NCBI GenBank assembly: GCA_963717145.1
Contig: OY970325.1
Span: 5,120,001 to 5,184,000 of the forward strand
Source of the DNA: an uncultured Armatimonadetes bacterium
GTDB taxonomy: Bacteria; Armatimonadota; UBA5829; DTJY01
DNA length: 64,000 bases
Reading direction: 5' to 3'
The notes beneath the pieces are model-generated. The model was given only the letters and a program-made list of their open reading frames with translations, searched no databases and was not told the DNA's origin. Positions 1 to 9,447 of the stretch are shown here, one piece after another. The position numbers and the translations under genes are program-made. The number at the start of each line of letters is the position of its first letter. The stretch's first letter is position 1.

Positions 1-1
1 G

Positions 2-193
2 TTGACTCCTCATGGGGAGCACTTGATTCGTGCGCGCAGGGAGAGCCGAACGAAGCGGATACTCGAAGCGATGGAGCGCCTTTCAGCCGAGGGACGGGAA
101 GCAGTGATCAATGGACTGAATCTTCTGCTGTCGGCGTCTCCGTCGCCCGTGATGGATGCCGATGAGGACGTCATCGAGCCGCTTGTGACCTAG
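2..193 (+). CDS. MarR-family transcriptional regulator, C-terminal part (truncated by window edge)
   Basis: LTPHGEHLI...LSAEGREAVINGLNLL resembles the MarR wing/C-terminal helices; lies upstream of a TolC-like gene. Confidence 0.55.
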   Translation: MTPHGEHLIRARRESRTKRILEAMERLSAEGREAVINGLNLLLSASPSPVMDADEDVIEPLVT

Positions 194-212
194 CTGCGAA
201 AGGGACCCTGTA

Positions 213-1713
213 ATGACGCATTCACAATCCCGTAGTGGCCGCGCCTCCGTGCCGGCCATGGACCCGATCATACGTAGTGGCCGCGCCTTGGTGCCGGCCT
301 CACCACGCCGATGGCCGGCACGGAGGCACGGCCACTACATGGCTGCACTCATTGCGATACTATGCCTGGCGTCGATCTGTTTGGCGCAGCAGACCCCGCC
401 GATCGAGCCGAAGATCACGGAGACCCCGATGCCTCCCGCCGTCGAGCTGCCTGCCCCTCCGGGCATCCCCGACGATGTCCCGAACAGGCCGCTTACGGCC
501 GATGAAGCGGTGCAGATCGCCTTGCGCCATCAGTCGGACATAGCCGTTGCTCATGCCGGCGTGGATGCCGCCCGGGGTAGGCTGCAGGAGACGCAAGCCG
601 GTCAGTTGCCGTCGCTCACCGTCGGCGTAGGGCATACCAGCCTCGATACGAACGGAACATCGAACGGCGGGGGACTATCAGGAGGAGGTTCATCGACAGG
701 GTCCCGGGGATACCAGCTTTCCGCCACGGCCCGCCAGCTTCTGTTCGACTTTGGCCATACCCGGGAACTGGTCCGTCAGGCATCGGCGCAGCAGCGGTCG
801 GCGACGGCGAATCTCACGCGGGCGCAGTCAGACCTGGCCTTCCAGGTCAAGCAATCGTTCTACACCTATGTGCAGAACGCTCGGCTGGTGGAGGTCGAGG
901 GATCCAACATCAAGGGCCGGCAGGGGCATCTCGACCTCGCGAAGGCAAGGCTCGAGGCCGGAGTCGGCCTTCCCTCCGATGTCGTCCGAGCCGAGACCGC
1001 GCGGGCCAATGCAATCTTCGCCCTCAATCTGGCTCAGGCGAGCACCTCGGTCTCGCGTGTGGTCCTGGCCGAGTTGATGGGCATAGATCCCCGAACCCCG
1101 ATCCAGGCCGCCGACTCGGAAGAGCGGGCAGTCGATGCGCAGGATGTGGACGCGCTCGTTGAGCGCGCGTTCAGGGCACCGTCCGGAAGTCCTGCAGGCG
1201 GAGGCGACGAAAGAAGCCGCCGGACATGGGTTCGATGCCGCGAAGACCGGCAACTCACCAAGCCTCGGCGCCAGCGTCGGATGGCTCCAGCGCGGGTCGA
1301 CTCCATCGCTTGACAGCAGTACGCTCAGCATAGGACTCGCGATCACGTGGAGCGCGTTCGACTCCGGTCTGACCGCCGGCCGAGTCAGGGAGGCTTCCGC
1401 CGGCGTGCAATCGGCTCAGGCCGAGGCCGAGTCCGTCAGGCTTGCAGTCATCTCAGACGTCTCGCAGGCGTACCTCAACCTCAAAACCGCCGAGCAGAGG
1501 GTCACAACCGCCGATTCAGAGGTCGCCAACGCGACGGAAGCCGTCCGCCTGACCGAGGGGCGCTATCAAGGCGGACTCGGAACGTTCATCGACGTGCTCG
1601 ACGCCCAGACGGCGCTCGTGACTGCGAGCACCAATCGCGTGAATGCGATCTCCTCCGTCAACCTCGCCAGATCCGCCCTCGTCCATGCAGTCGGGGGCAT
1701 TACTTCTCCATAG
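213..1713 (+). CDS. TolC-family outer membrane efflux protein (one frameshift at ~1175)
   Basis: ORFs 213-1313 and 1135-1713 join into two OEP repeats (LTADEAVQIAL, QLLFDFG, RPEVLQA, RYQGGLGTFIDVLDAQ); signal peptide MAALIAILCLASICLA; AAAGGGA RBS before ATG 213, alternative ATG 339. Confidence 0.85.
232..338. repeat. Cluster of three GTAG-type REP elements (GTAGTGGCCGYGCCTCCGTGCCGGCC); two forward, one reverse
   Basis: Copies at 232-257, 274-299 and 313-338 (reverse complement); same family at 41444-41508. Confidence 0.8.
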
Positions 1714-1723
1714 TCACCAAGAT

Positions 1724-1755
1724 TGTTGGGGGGGAGTCCAACTCCCTCCCCAACA
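1724..1755. terminator. GC-rich hairpin after the TolC gene (possible terminator)
   Basis: TGTTGGGGGGGAGT-CCA-ACTCCCTCCCCAACA inverted repeat; no U-tract. Confidence 0.4.
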
Positions 1756-1842
1756 TCTGACGCATGGAGGGCGGAGGATTGCTCCCTGGCTCTTTTTGGC
1801 GTCGGGAACCTGGTATTTATACCTGATTGTTGCCGGATAACC

Positions 1843-1907
1843 TTGACGGGAGGGCGAATTCGGCCTAGAATCAAAGTAGGAGATCCGACCAAAGTAGGAG
1901 ACCCGAC
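1843..1907 (+). promoter_or_regulatory. Sigma70-type promoter plus two tandem palindromic boxes GT(A/C)GG-N4-CCGAC
   Basis: TTGACG(1843)-17 nt-TAGAAT(1866); AAAGTAGGAGAYCCGAC repeated at 1873 and 1891; conserved in the paralogous leader at 5144-5208. Confidence 0.75.
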
Positions 1908-2006
1908 AGCGCAGCATTCACTTCGCGTAAATGCGAGCACCCCAACGAAGATCTTGCACATCGGCTGTGGTTCCTCTCCGAATAAGACATGAAAGGTAAC
2001 ACTGGA

Positions 2007-4976
2007 ATGACGAAGAGCACGTCGGTAGCGCGGCTTTCCAAGATTCTCATAATTGCTGTGCTTGTGATGTTCTGTGCTTGTACCGCCAGGGCTGACGAGT
2101 ACAGAGCTTTTTGGGTAGATGCATGGGGAGCAGGCGCCCTGAACCAGGGCCAGGTGGACACGCTCATGGGAGTGGTGGGCAATGGAAGCAGCCTCGGTAA
2201 GATTCGCGAGGCAAACTGCAATATGGTGATCGTGCAGGTACGAAGGAACTGCGATGCCAACTACCCGTCTTCGATGGGCGAGCCGTATATGGGCGGTCTT
2301 ACGCCCTCGAATTTCAACTCGCTCCAGGCGGTAATCAACGCGGCGCATGATACGACCGGGGGCAAGAAGCGCGTAGAAGTGCATGCCTGGATAGTCACAT
2401 TCCGTACGTCCGGCGGCGCTGTATACGCTGCTCACAGCAGCACCCCGACCGGCAGCCTCACCAACCTCGACAACTACTGGCCGTCTCGCACCTCAGCCGG
2501 TGCGGAGACATCCGACAAGGCCTTCGATCCCGGTCATCCCCTCGCGGAGGAGTACACCGTAAACGTCTGCATGGACCTGGTGAACAACTTCGACATAGAC
2601 GGCATCCACTATGACTACATCCGCTTCACCGGGGGCGATCAGGGCTACAATCCTACCAGCATCGCCAGGTACAACGCGCGCTATGGTCTGACCGGACAGC
2701 CGTCCTCTACGAACGACCAGTTCGATCAGTGGCGGCGAGACCAGATCAGCAATATGGTCCGCAAGGTGTATGCGAAGACACAGGCCTCCAAACCCAATGT
2801 GAAGGTATCCGGCGCGTTCGTCACATGGAACCCCTCGCCAACCGCATCGACAAGGGCCGCGTTCGAGACTACCCGTCCATTTGGAAACCGAACCGACGGC
2901 GTATTCTCGGACTGGGATGCCTGGATGCAGGAAGGCATAGTGGATCTCTCGATCCCTATGACCTACTACAACTACGCCTCGCTGCCCGCCGACTGGACGA
3001 AGTGGATGAACTTCATCAAGGACCGTCAGTTCAATCGGCAGGCGCTTATCGGCCCTGGAATCTACCTGAACTCTCTGTCGAATGCGATCTTGGAGCTTCA
3101 GCAGACCCGCTTAGCATCGCCTTCCGGAAACTATGCAAAGGGCTTTGCCGGTTATTCATACAGGTTGCCATACGCGAGCGGAACATGGGCCAACTTCAGC
3201 CCTCAGTTGGTTTCCCAGGTCACGCCCACGTGGGCCGACATACCGCCCATGCCTTGGAAGACCACCCCAACCAAGGGGCATATCAGCGGCACGGTTACCG
3301 ATGCGGCGACCACCAAGTGGATTGACGGCGGAACGGTTTCCATCACAGGTCCGGAGAGCCGCTCGATGTTCACCGACGGCACCGGGTTCTATGCGTTCAT
3401 CGATCTGGCACCCGGCTCCTATACACTCACTGCGAGTAAGCCCGGATATCCCAACGCCGTGCGAACCGTCGTAGTGGCCGTCGGAGCGGTGACCGGCAAC
3501 ATGTACGTCACCGACATCCCGCTCGGCGGGACACCTGATATCATCGCTCCGACCGTGCCCACGGGTCTGTCGGCCACCGCCGTATCCGGCACGCGGGTCA
3601 ACCTGACGTGGACCGCCTCGACGGACAACGTCGCGGTCACGGGCTACAAGGTGTTCAGGGGCGGCGTTCAGATCGGAACGAGCGCGACGGCGTCATACTC
3701 CGACACGACGTGCACTCCGGCGACGACCTACTCCTACCAGGTGTCGGCATACGACGCCGCGACCAATGAGTCGGCGAAGAGCACGGCCGCTGGAGCGACT
3801 ACTCCCGACACGATCCCTCCGAGCGTCCCGATGAACCTGGACGCCATGCCGATGTCCGGCACGCGCGTCGATCTGACGTGGCCCGCCTCGACGGACAACG
3901 TCGCGGTCACCGGCTACAAGGTCTTCAGGGGCGGCGTTCAGATCGGGGCGAGCGCGACCGCTTCTTACTCTGATACCACCTGTACTCCGGCGACGACCTA
4001 CTCCTACCAGGTTTCGGCATACGACGCCGTGCCCAACGAGTCGGCGAAGAGCACGGGTGCGAACGTTACGACCTTTGACGTCACCGCGCCCGTGATGACC
4101 TCGGTCACCGACGAGATGTACACGACATCCACCGCGAGCCTGCAGGCCACGTGGGCGGCGACCGAGCCTGAGAGCGCCATCATGCGCTACGACTATGCCG
4201 TGGGATCGTCCGCCAATGCGGTAGACATTCGAGGCTGGACAGATGCGGGAGTATCGACCGCTGCGACAATCTCCGGCCTGAGCTTGACGGTCGGAGGAAC
4301 GTATTTCATCTCGGTTCGCGCTGTCAACGACCAGGATCTCGTATCCGATCCGATGTGCTCGGCCGGTGTGACGATCGCCCATGCAGTTGCGAGCATCGCA
4401 GCGGCGAAGGGATATGCGAACGGCACGCCGGTCGCTATCGCGCTCTCGAGTGTCAGTGCCAGGTTTGCCGGTGCATTCTATATGCAGGATGCAAGCAGGG
4501 CTTCGGGCATTCGGGTGGATTCCGCTGACGGCCCGGCTACGAACTACGCTGTTCAGGTGTTCGGTCGGCTGGCCCTGGTGAGCGGATGTGAGAGATCGCT
4601 GGTGGACTGCAAGGTAGTCTCGGGCGCGCTCGGAGCGGTTGTCGAGCCTCTTCTGCTCAACATAAAGGCAGTGGGCGGTCTGCCGTTCGGGAGCTACACC
4701 CCGGGAGTCAACAACGCCACGGGCCTGAATAACGTTAGCCTGCTGATTGCCATCGCGGGCAACGCGACTGCCCTGACGTCCGATGGATTCTACCTGGACG
4801 ACGGATCCGGCGTGCAGGATGACTCGGCGAACAAGGGCATCAAGGTCTGGACCGGTGCAGCGAACTCCGTAACCCAGAACCACCACTATGTCGTGATCGG
4901 CATTGCTTCGTGCAGAGTGGGCGCGGGTGGCGTCGTCTACGCGCAACTGCTCTCCCGCGATATCGTCGAGAGGTAG
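2007..4976 (+). CDS. Secreted glycoside hydrolase-like family 10 (GHL10/DUF187) protein with carboxypeptidase-regulatory-like domain, FN3 repeats and lineage-type C-terminal domain
   Basis: EYRAFWVDAW, VQVRR, EVHAW, DPGHP, DIDGIHYDYIRF, WRRDQI motifs; two near-identical FN3 units (WxASTDNVAVTGYKVFR); signal peptide; GAAAGG RBS. Confidence 0.85.
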   Translation: MTKSTSVARLSKILIIAVLVMFCACTARADEYRAFWVDAWGAGALNQGQVDTLMGVVGNGSSLGKIREANCNMVIVQVRRNCDANYPSSMGEPYMGGLTPSNFNSLQAVINAAHDTTGGKKRVEVHAWIVTFRTSGGAVYAAHSSTPTGSLTNLDNYWPSRTSAGAETSDKAFDPGHPLAEEYTVNVCMDLVNNFDIDGIHYDYIRFTGGDQGYNPTSIARYNARYGLTGQPSSTNDQFDQWRRDQISNMVRKVYAKTQASKPNVKVSGAFVTWNPSPTASTRAAFETTRPFGNRTDGVFSDWDAWMQEGIVDLSIPMTYYNYASLPADWTKWMNFIKDRQFNRQALIGPGIYLNSLSNAILELQQTRLASPSGNYAKGFAGYSYRLPYASGTWANFSPQLVSQVTPTWADIPPMPWKTTPTKGHISGTVTDAATTKWIDGGTVSITGPESRSMFTDGTGFYAFIDLAPGSYTLTASKPGYPNAVRTVVVAVGAVTGNMYVTDIPLGGTPDIIAPTVPTGLSATAVSGTRVNLTWTASTDNVAVTGYKVFRGGVQIGTSATASYSDTTCTPATTYSYQVSAYDAATNESAKSTAAGATTPDTIPPSVPMNLDAMPMSGTRVDLTWPASTDNVAVTGYKVFRGGVQIGASATASYSDTTCTPATTYSYQVSAYDAVPNESAKSTGANVTTFDVTAPVMTSVTDEMYTTSTASLQATWAATEPESAIMRYDYAVGSSANAVDIRGWTDAGVSTAATISGLSLTVGGTYFISVRAVNDQDLVSDPMCSAGVTIAHAVASIAAAKGYANGTPVAIALSSVSARFAGAFYMQDASRASGIRVDSADGPATNYAVQVFGRLALVSGCERSLVDCKVVSGALGAVVEPLLLNIKAVGGLPFGSYTPGVNNATGLNNVSLLIAIAGNATALTSDGFYLDDGSGVQDDSANKGIKVWTGAANSVTQNHHYVVIGIASCRVGAGGVVYAQLLSRDIVER
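3534..4073 (+). repeat. Internal tandem duplication of a 270-nt FN3 module
   Basis: Two 90-aa units with long identical nucleotide stretches (e.g. gcctcgacggacaacgtcgcggtcac). Confidence 0.85.
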
Positions 4977-5010
4977 AGACTCGTGGGGTCGCTGACCCCT
5001 GGATCGAAAC

Positions 5011-5055
5011 ATGCGCAGACACCGGTGTGTAACACACATGCCGGTGTCTGCGCAT
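5011..5055 (+). terminator. Hairpin downstream of the first GHL10 gene
   Basis: ATGCGCAGACACCGG...CCGGTGTCTGCGCAT followed by TTCT; homologous to the outer stem at 8761-8881. Confidence 0.6.
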
Positions 5056-5143
5056 TTCTGTCGCTGTCAGAGTGAGAGATTGCCATACTACTCATTTGGG
5101 CGTCGGGAACCTGGTATTTATACCTGATTGTTGCCGGATAACC

Positions 5144-5208
5144 TTGACTGGAGGCCGGATATAGCCTAGAATGAGAGTAGGAGATCCGACCAAAGTCGGA
5201 GACCCGAC
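5144..5208 (+). promoter_or_regulatory. Sigma70-type promoter plus tandem palindromic boxes (second copy)
   Basis: TTGACT(5144)-17 nt-TAGAAT(5167); GTAGGAGATCCGAC (5177) and GTCGGAGACCCGAC (5195). Confidence 0.75.
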
Positions 5209-5311
5209 AGCGCACGATTCACTTCGCGCATTGCGGGCAGGATCTAAGCGAAGATCCTGCCCATTGGCTGCGGTTCATCTCCGAATAGACTTGAAGGGCA
5301 ACGGTATAATA

Positions 5312-8300
5312 ATGAAGACTACATCGGTGATTCGGCTTTCCACGATTCTCATGGTCGCCGTTCTTGCGATATGCTGTGCCTGTACTGCCCAGGCTGCGGA
5401 GTACAGAGCATTCTGGGTAGATGCATGGGGAGCCGGCATGCACACCCAGTCTGAGGTGAATCAACTCCTGGGCGTTGTGGGTGATCCCAACAGCAAGGGT
5501 GACATACGAAACGCAAACTGCAATGCTGTGTTCGTTCAGGTACGGCGAAATGCCGATGTCTGCTATCCTTCCGGCGTGGGAGAGCCGTATTTCAGCGGTG
5601 TGACCCCAGGTTTCGATGCCGTGACGGCACTATGTAATGCGGCGCACGATACCACCGGAGGCAAGCAGCGACTGGAAGTCCACGCATGGATCGTCACCTT
5701 CCGCACCTCCGGCGGATACGTCTACACTCTTCACGACGATACCCCAACCGGCAGCTTGACCACGCTGGACAACTACTGGCCGTCTCGTACCGACAGCGGC
5801 GCGGAGACGGGTGACAAGGCTTTCGATCCGGGCCATCCTCTCGTGGAGCAGTATCTGACCAATGTCGCGATGGACCTCGTGACCAACTTCGATATCGACG
5901 GCATACACTACGACTACATACGCTTCACCGGGAACAACGAGGGATACAACCCGACGAGCGTCGCGCGTTACAATGCGCGATATGGTCTCTCCGGAAACCC
6001 ATCTTCCACCAACGAGCAGTGGAAGCAGTGGCGGCGCGATCAGGTATCTGCGCTCGTCCGAAGAGTCTATGCGAAGATTCAGGCTGTGAAGCCGCAAGTC
6101 AAGCAATCCGGAGCGTTCGTCACGTGGAACCCGTCCCCGACCGCTTCGACGCGCTCTGCGTTCCAGGGAACACGCCCTTACTACGATGTGTACTCGGACT
6201 GGGATAGCTGGATTCAGGAGGGCATCGTGGACATGGCGGTCCCGATGACCTATTACAGTTACGCCTCGCTGCCCTCCGACTGGACGAAGTGGATCAACTT
6301 CCTCAAGGACCGCAAGGGCAACCGACATATGATCATCGGCCCCGGCATATATCTGAACTCCCAGTCGAACTCGATCCTGGAGATCCAACAGACTCGGACA
6401 GCATCACCGGCCGGCAACTACGCTCATGGCTTCTGCGGGTACTCGTACCGTGTGCCGTACGTGAGCGGCTCATGGGCAAACTTCAGTCCGCAGTTGTTGT
6501 CGCAGGTGACCCAGACTCCGGATACCATACCGACGATGTCCTGGAAGACCAATCCTACGAAGGGACACATCAGCGGCACGGTTACCTATTCATCCAATGG
6601 CAAATGGGCGGATGGCGCGACGGTGGCCATCTCGGGGCCGGACGTCCGAACCATGACCTGCGACGGCACGGGGTTTTATGCCTTCATCGACGTGACACCG
6701 GGTTCATACACGGTCACGGCCAGCAAGGCCGGATATCCGAACATACAGGTTCCGGTGACCGTTGCCATCGGACAGGTCACCGGCAACATGTACGTCAGGG
6801 ATTTCGCGTTGGGATCCGTTCCTTCGCCGGTCATATCGGCTGTCCAGGCGACCGGCATCACTAACAACGCGGCGACCATTCTCTGGACGACCGATCTGGC
6901 GTCTTCGAGCCAGGTGGAATACGGAACAACGACATCCTACGGCTCTCAGACCACGGTCAACAATACTCCGGTCACGTTGCATTCGGTGGGGCTCTCCGGG
7001 CTGATACCGGACACGCTGTATCACTACCGTGTGATCTCGACGGCCGGCGGGACGAGCACTTCCGGTGACTACACATTCACGACGCTCGGCCCTCCGTCGA
7101 TACTTGATCCCATTACGGTCAACACCACAGCGACCACCGCCACGGTGATGTGGACGACGAGCCAGCCGTCCGACGGTCGGGTGAACTACGGCCCGACCTC
7201 AGCGTACGGCAGCCAGGCCGTGGATCCATATTCGGGCATGACTTCGCACTCCGTGACGATCGTCGGCCTGACGCCTTCAACGCCGTATCACTACCAGTGC
7301 GTCAGCGTGAATGTTTATGGCAGCACCCAGTCTACGGATCGCACGTTCTCGACGGCGTCCACGAGCGCTGATGTCATCGTGGACAATACCGATCCCGGTC
7401 TGGACGAATACGTCCACTAATCCGTCGAGCATGTGGACGGCAGCATCCGCTGCCGGAGTACCGAAGGTGGGCATAAACTACCTCTACAGGACCGGCGACG
7501 GCTCTCTCACCGAGATCGTCTCCACGAGGAAATGCCGCTGGACGCCGATTCTGCCTGTCGCCGGGACTTACGATGTCTATGCCTTCTACCAGAAGGGGAA
7601 CAACCGCAATACCGCGGCCCCATACAAGGTGTACTACGATGGCGGCAACGTCACCAGCATCCAGAACCAGTACTCCACCGAAGGTAACCAGGGCGACTGG
7701 TTCATAATCGGTCAGGATCTGCCGTTCCTGGCGGGGACAAGCGGATATGTCGAGCTGACCAGTATGTCGCTTGATACCAAACTTGTCAGCGCCGATGCAG
7801 CCAAGTGGGTGCTGAAGGTAGCTGCCGACTCGACCGCTCCTGTGATGACCTCGGTGACCGATGAGTTGTACACGACATCCACCGTGAGCCTGCAGGCGTC
7901 GTGGGCCGCGACTGAGCCCGAGAGCACCATCACCCGGTACGACTATGCTGTCGGCTCATACCCCGAAGCCGTGGACGTGAAGGGCTGGACGAGCGCGGGC
8001 ACGGAAACCTCGGCGACCATCACGGAGATCAGCCTGGCGGTCGGAGGCACGTACTTCATCTCGGTTCGTGCCATCAACGACCAGGGGCTGGAATCTGATC
8101 CGATGACTTCAGACGGGGTCACTATCGCCCGCCTCGTGACGGGCATAGCGGACGCCAAGGGCTTCGCCAACGACACGCCTGTCTGCATTCCAGTGACCAG
8201 CGTGAGTGCGAAGTTCGCCAGTGCGTTCTACATGCAGGAAACTGGTCGAGAATCGGGCATTCGTGTGGAATCCAGCGTCGGTCCGGCGAAGGATTACACC

Positions 8301-8726
8301 GTGCAGGTGTATGGACGACTTGGCCTCGTGAACGGCTGCGAGAGAGCCCTGCTCAACTGCAAGATAGTGCCAGGCGGGTTGGGGGCAACCGTGGTTCCAC
8401 TCCTGCTCAACACCAGGTCGGTAGGCGGCGAGCCCTTCGGCCTCTACACGCCGGGGATTACGGGTGGCAGTGGACTGAACAACGTCGGCATGCTGGTTGT
8501 GCTTGCCGGTGATGTGACTGCGGTCGTCGGGGACGGATTCTACCTGGATGACGGGTCCGGCTTGCAGGATGATTCGGTGAACAAGGGCATCAAGATCTGG
8601 ACAGGTGCGCCCGACTCTGCGACCCAGAATGAGACCGCGATCGTCATCGGTGTTGTGTCGTGCAGGGTGGGCACGGGCGGCGTTGTCTACCCGCTGGTGC
8701 TCTCCCGGGATATCATCGAGCCGTAG
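5312..8726 (+). CDS. Second GHL10/DUF187 paralog with FN3-like repeats, golvesin/xanthan-lyase CBD-like domain and the same C-terminal domain (frameshift at ~7400)
   Basis: ORFs 5171-7420 and 7311-8726 join at VDNTDPG/WTNT; catalytic domain highly similar to 2007-4976; WTP.LP.AGTYDVYA...ADAAKW module. Confidence 0.8.
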
Positions 8727-8760
8727 AGCCTCCGGGGGTTTCTGACCCTCTGGTTGAAAT

Positions 8761-8881
8761 ATACACAGACACCGGAATGACCCTCACCCCAGCCCTCTCC
8801 CTCGAAGGGAGAGGGAGCGCCAAACCCCCTCTCCCTTCGAGGGAGAGGGTCGGGGTGAGGGTCATTCCGGTGTCTGTGTAT
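8761..8881. repeat. 121-bp palindrome: BoxC-like CCCTCACCCCAGCCCTCTCCC..GGGAGAGGG pair nested inside a terminator-like stem
   Basis: Arms 8761-8815 and 8827-8881 are near-perfect reverse complements. Confidence 0.85.
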
Positions 8882-8981
8882 TTGTGCCTCCGTTCGGGTA
8901 AGACTGCATGTAATGACAAGATTGCCCTACGGAGGGACACCGGTTCGACCGGCGCAATCCTATCACAAGGAGGCAGATGGA

Positions 8982-9419
8982 ATGAATGACCAGGAGATCA
9001 GAACCAAGGCGAGAGAGATCATCCGCCAGTGCATGTTCCCGGCGTTTGCGACCGTGGACGAGGACCAGTGCCCGCAGATCCGCGCCATGATGCCGGTTGC
9101 GGTCGAGGACGACTTCACACTCCACTACATCACCGGCCGGATGAGTTCGAAGTGCGGACAGATCAAGGCGAATCCGAAGGTCAGCACGCTTTGGACACAC
9201 GTTGTGGAGCCGATGAGGGATTGGCAGTCGGTGCTTATCAAGGGCCAGGCTAGCATAACTGACGATAAGGCCCTTCGGGAGCGCCACTGGATGGAGGAGC
9301 TAAAGATGGTATTCCCGGGAGGCGTGGACGATCCCAACTACGTGATCCTGATCGTCAAGCCGACTGAGATGATCCTTGCCGACCAGCAGACCATGCCTCC
9401 TCTAGTCGTCAAGCTCTAG
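8982..9419 (+). CDS. Pyridoxamine 5'-phosphate oxidase-like FMN-binding / general stress protein 26 family
   Basis: ATVDEDQCPQIRAM, SSKCGQIKANPKVS, FPGGVDDPNYVIL; AAGGAGG RBS. Confidence 0.8.
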   Translation: MNDQEIRTKAREIIRQCMFPAFATVDEDQCPQIRAMMPVAVEDDFTLHYITGRMSSKCGQIKANPKVSTLWTHVVEPMRDWQSVLIKGQASITDDKALRERHWMEELKMVFPGGVDDPNYVILIVKPTEMILADQQTMPPLVVKL

Positions 9420-9447
9420 CGTTCACCGTTCGGAAGGGCAGGTTCGC

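Noticed and set aside
5171-5311. Leader peptide containing KVGDPT repeats (also ORF 1723-1992)
   Set aside because: The peptide repeat just reflects the 18-bp DNA boxes; the ATG overlaps the -10 element and is not conserved between copies
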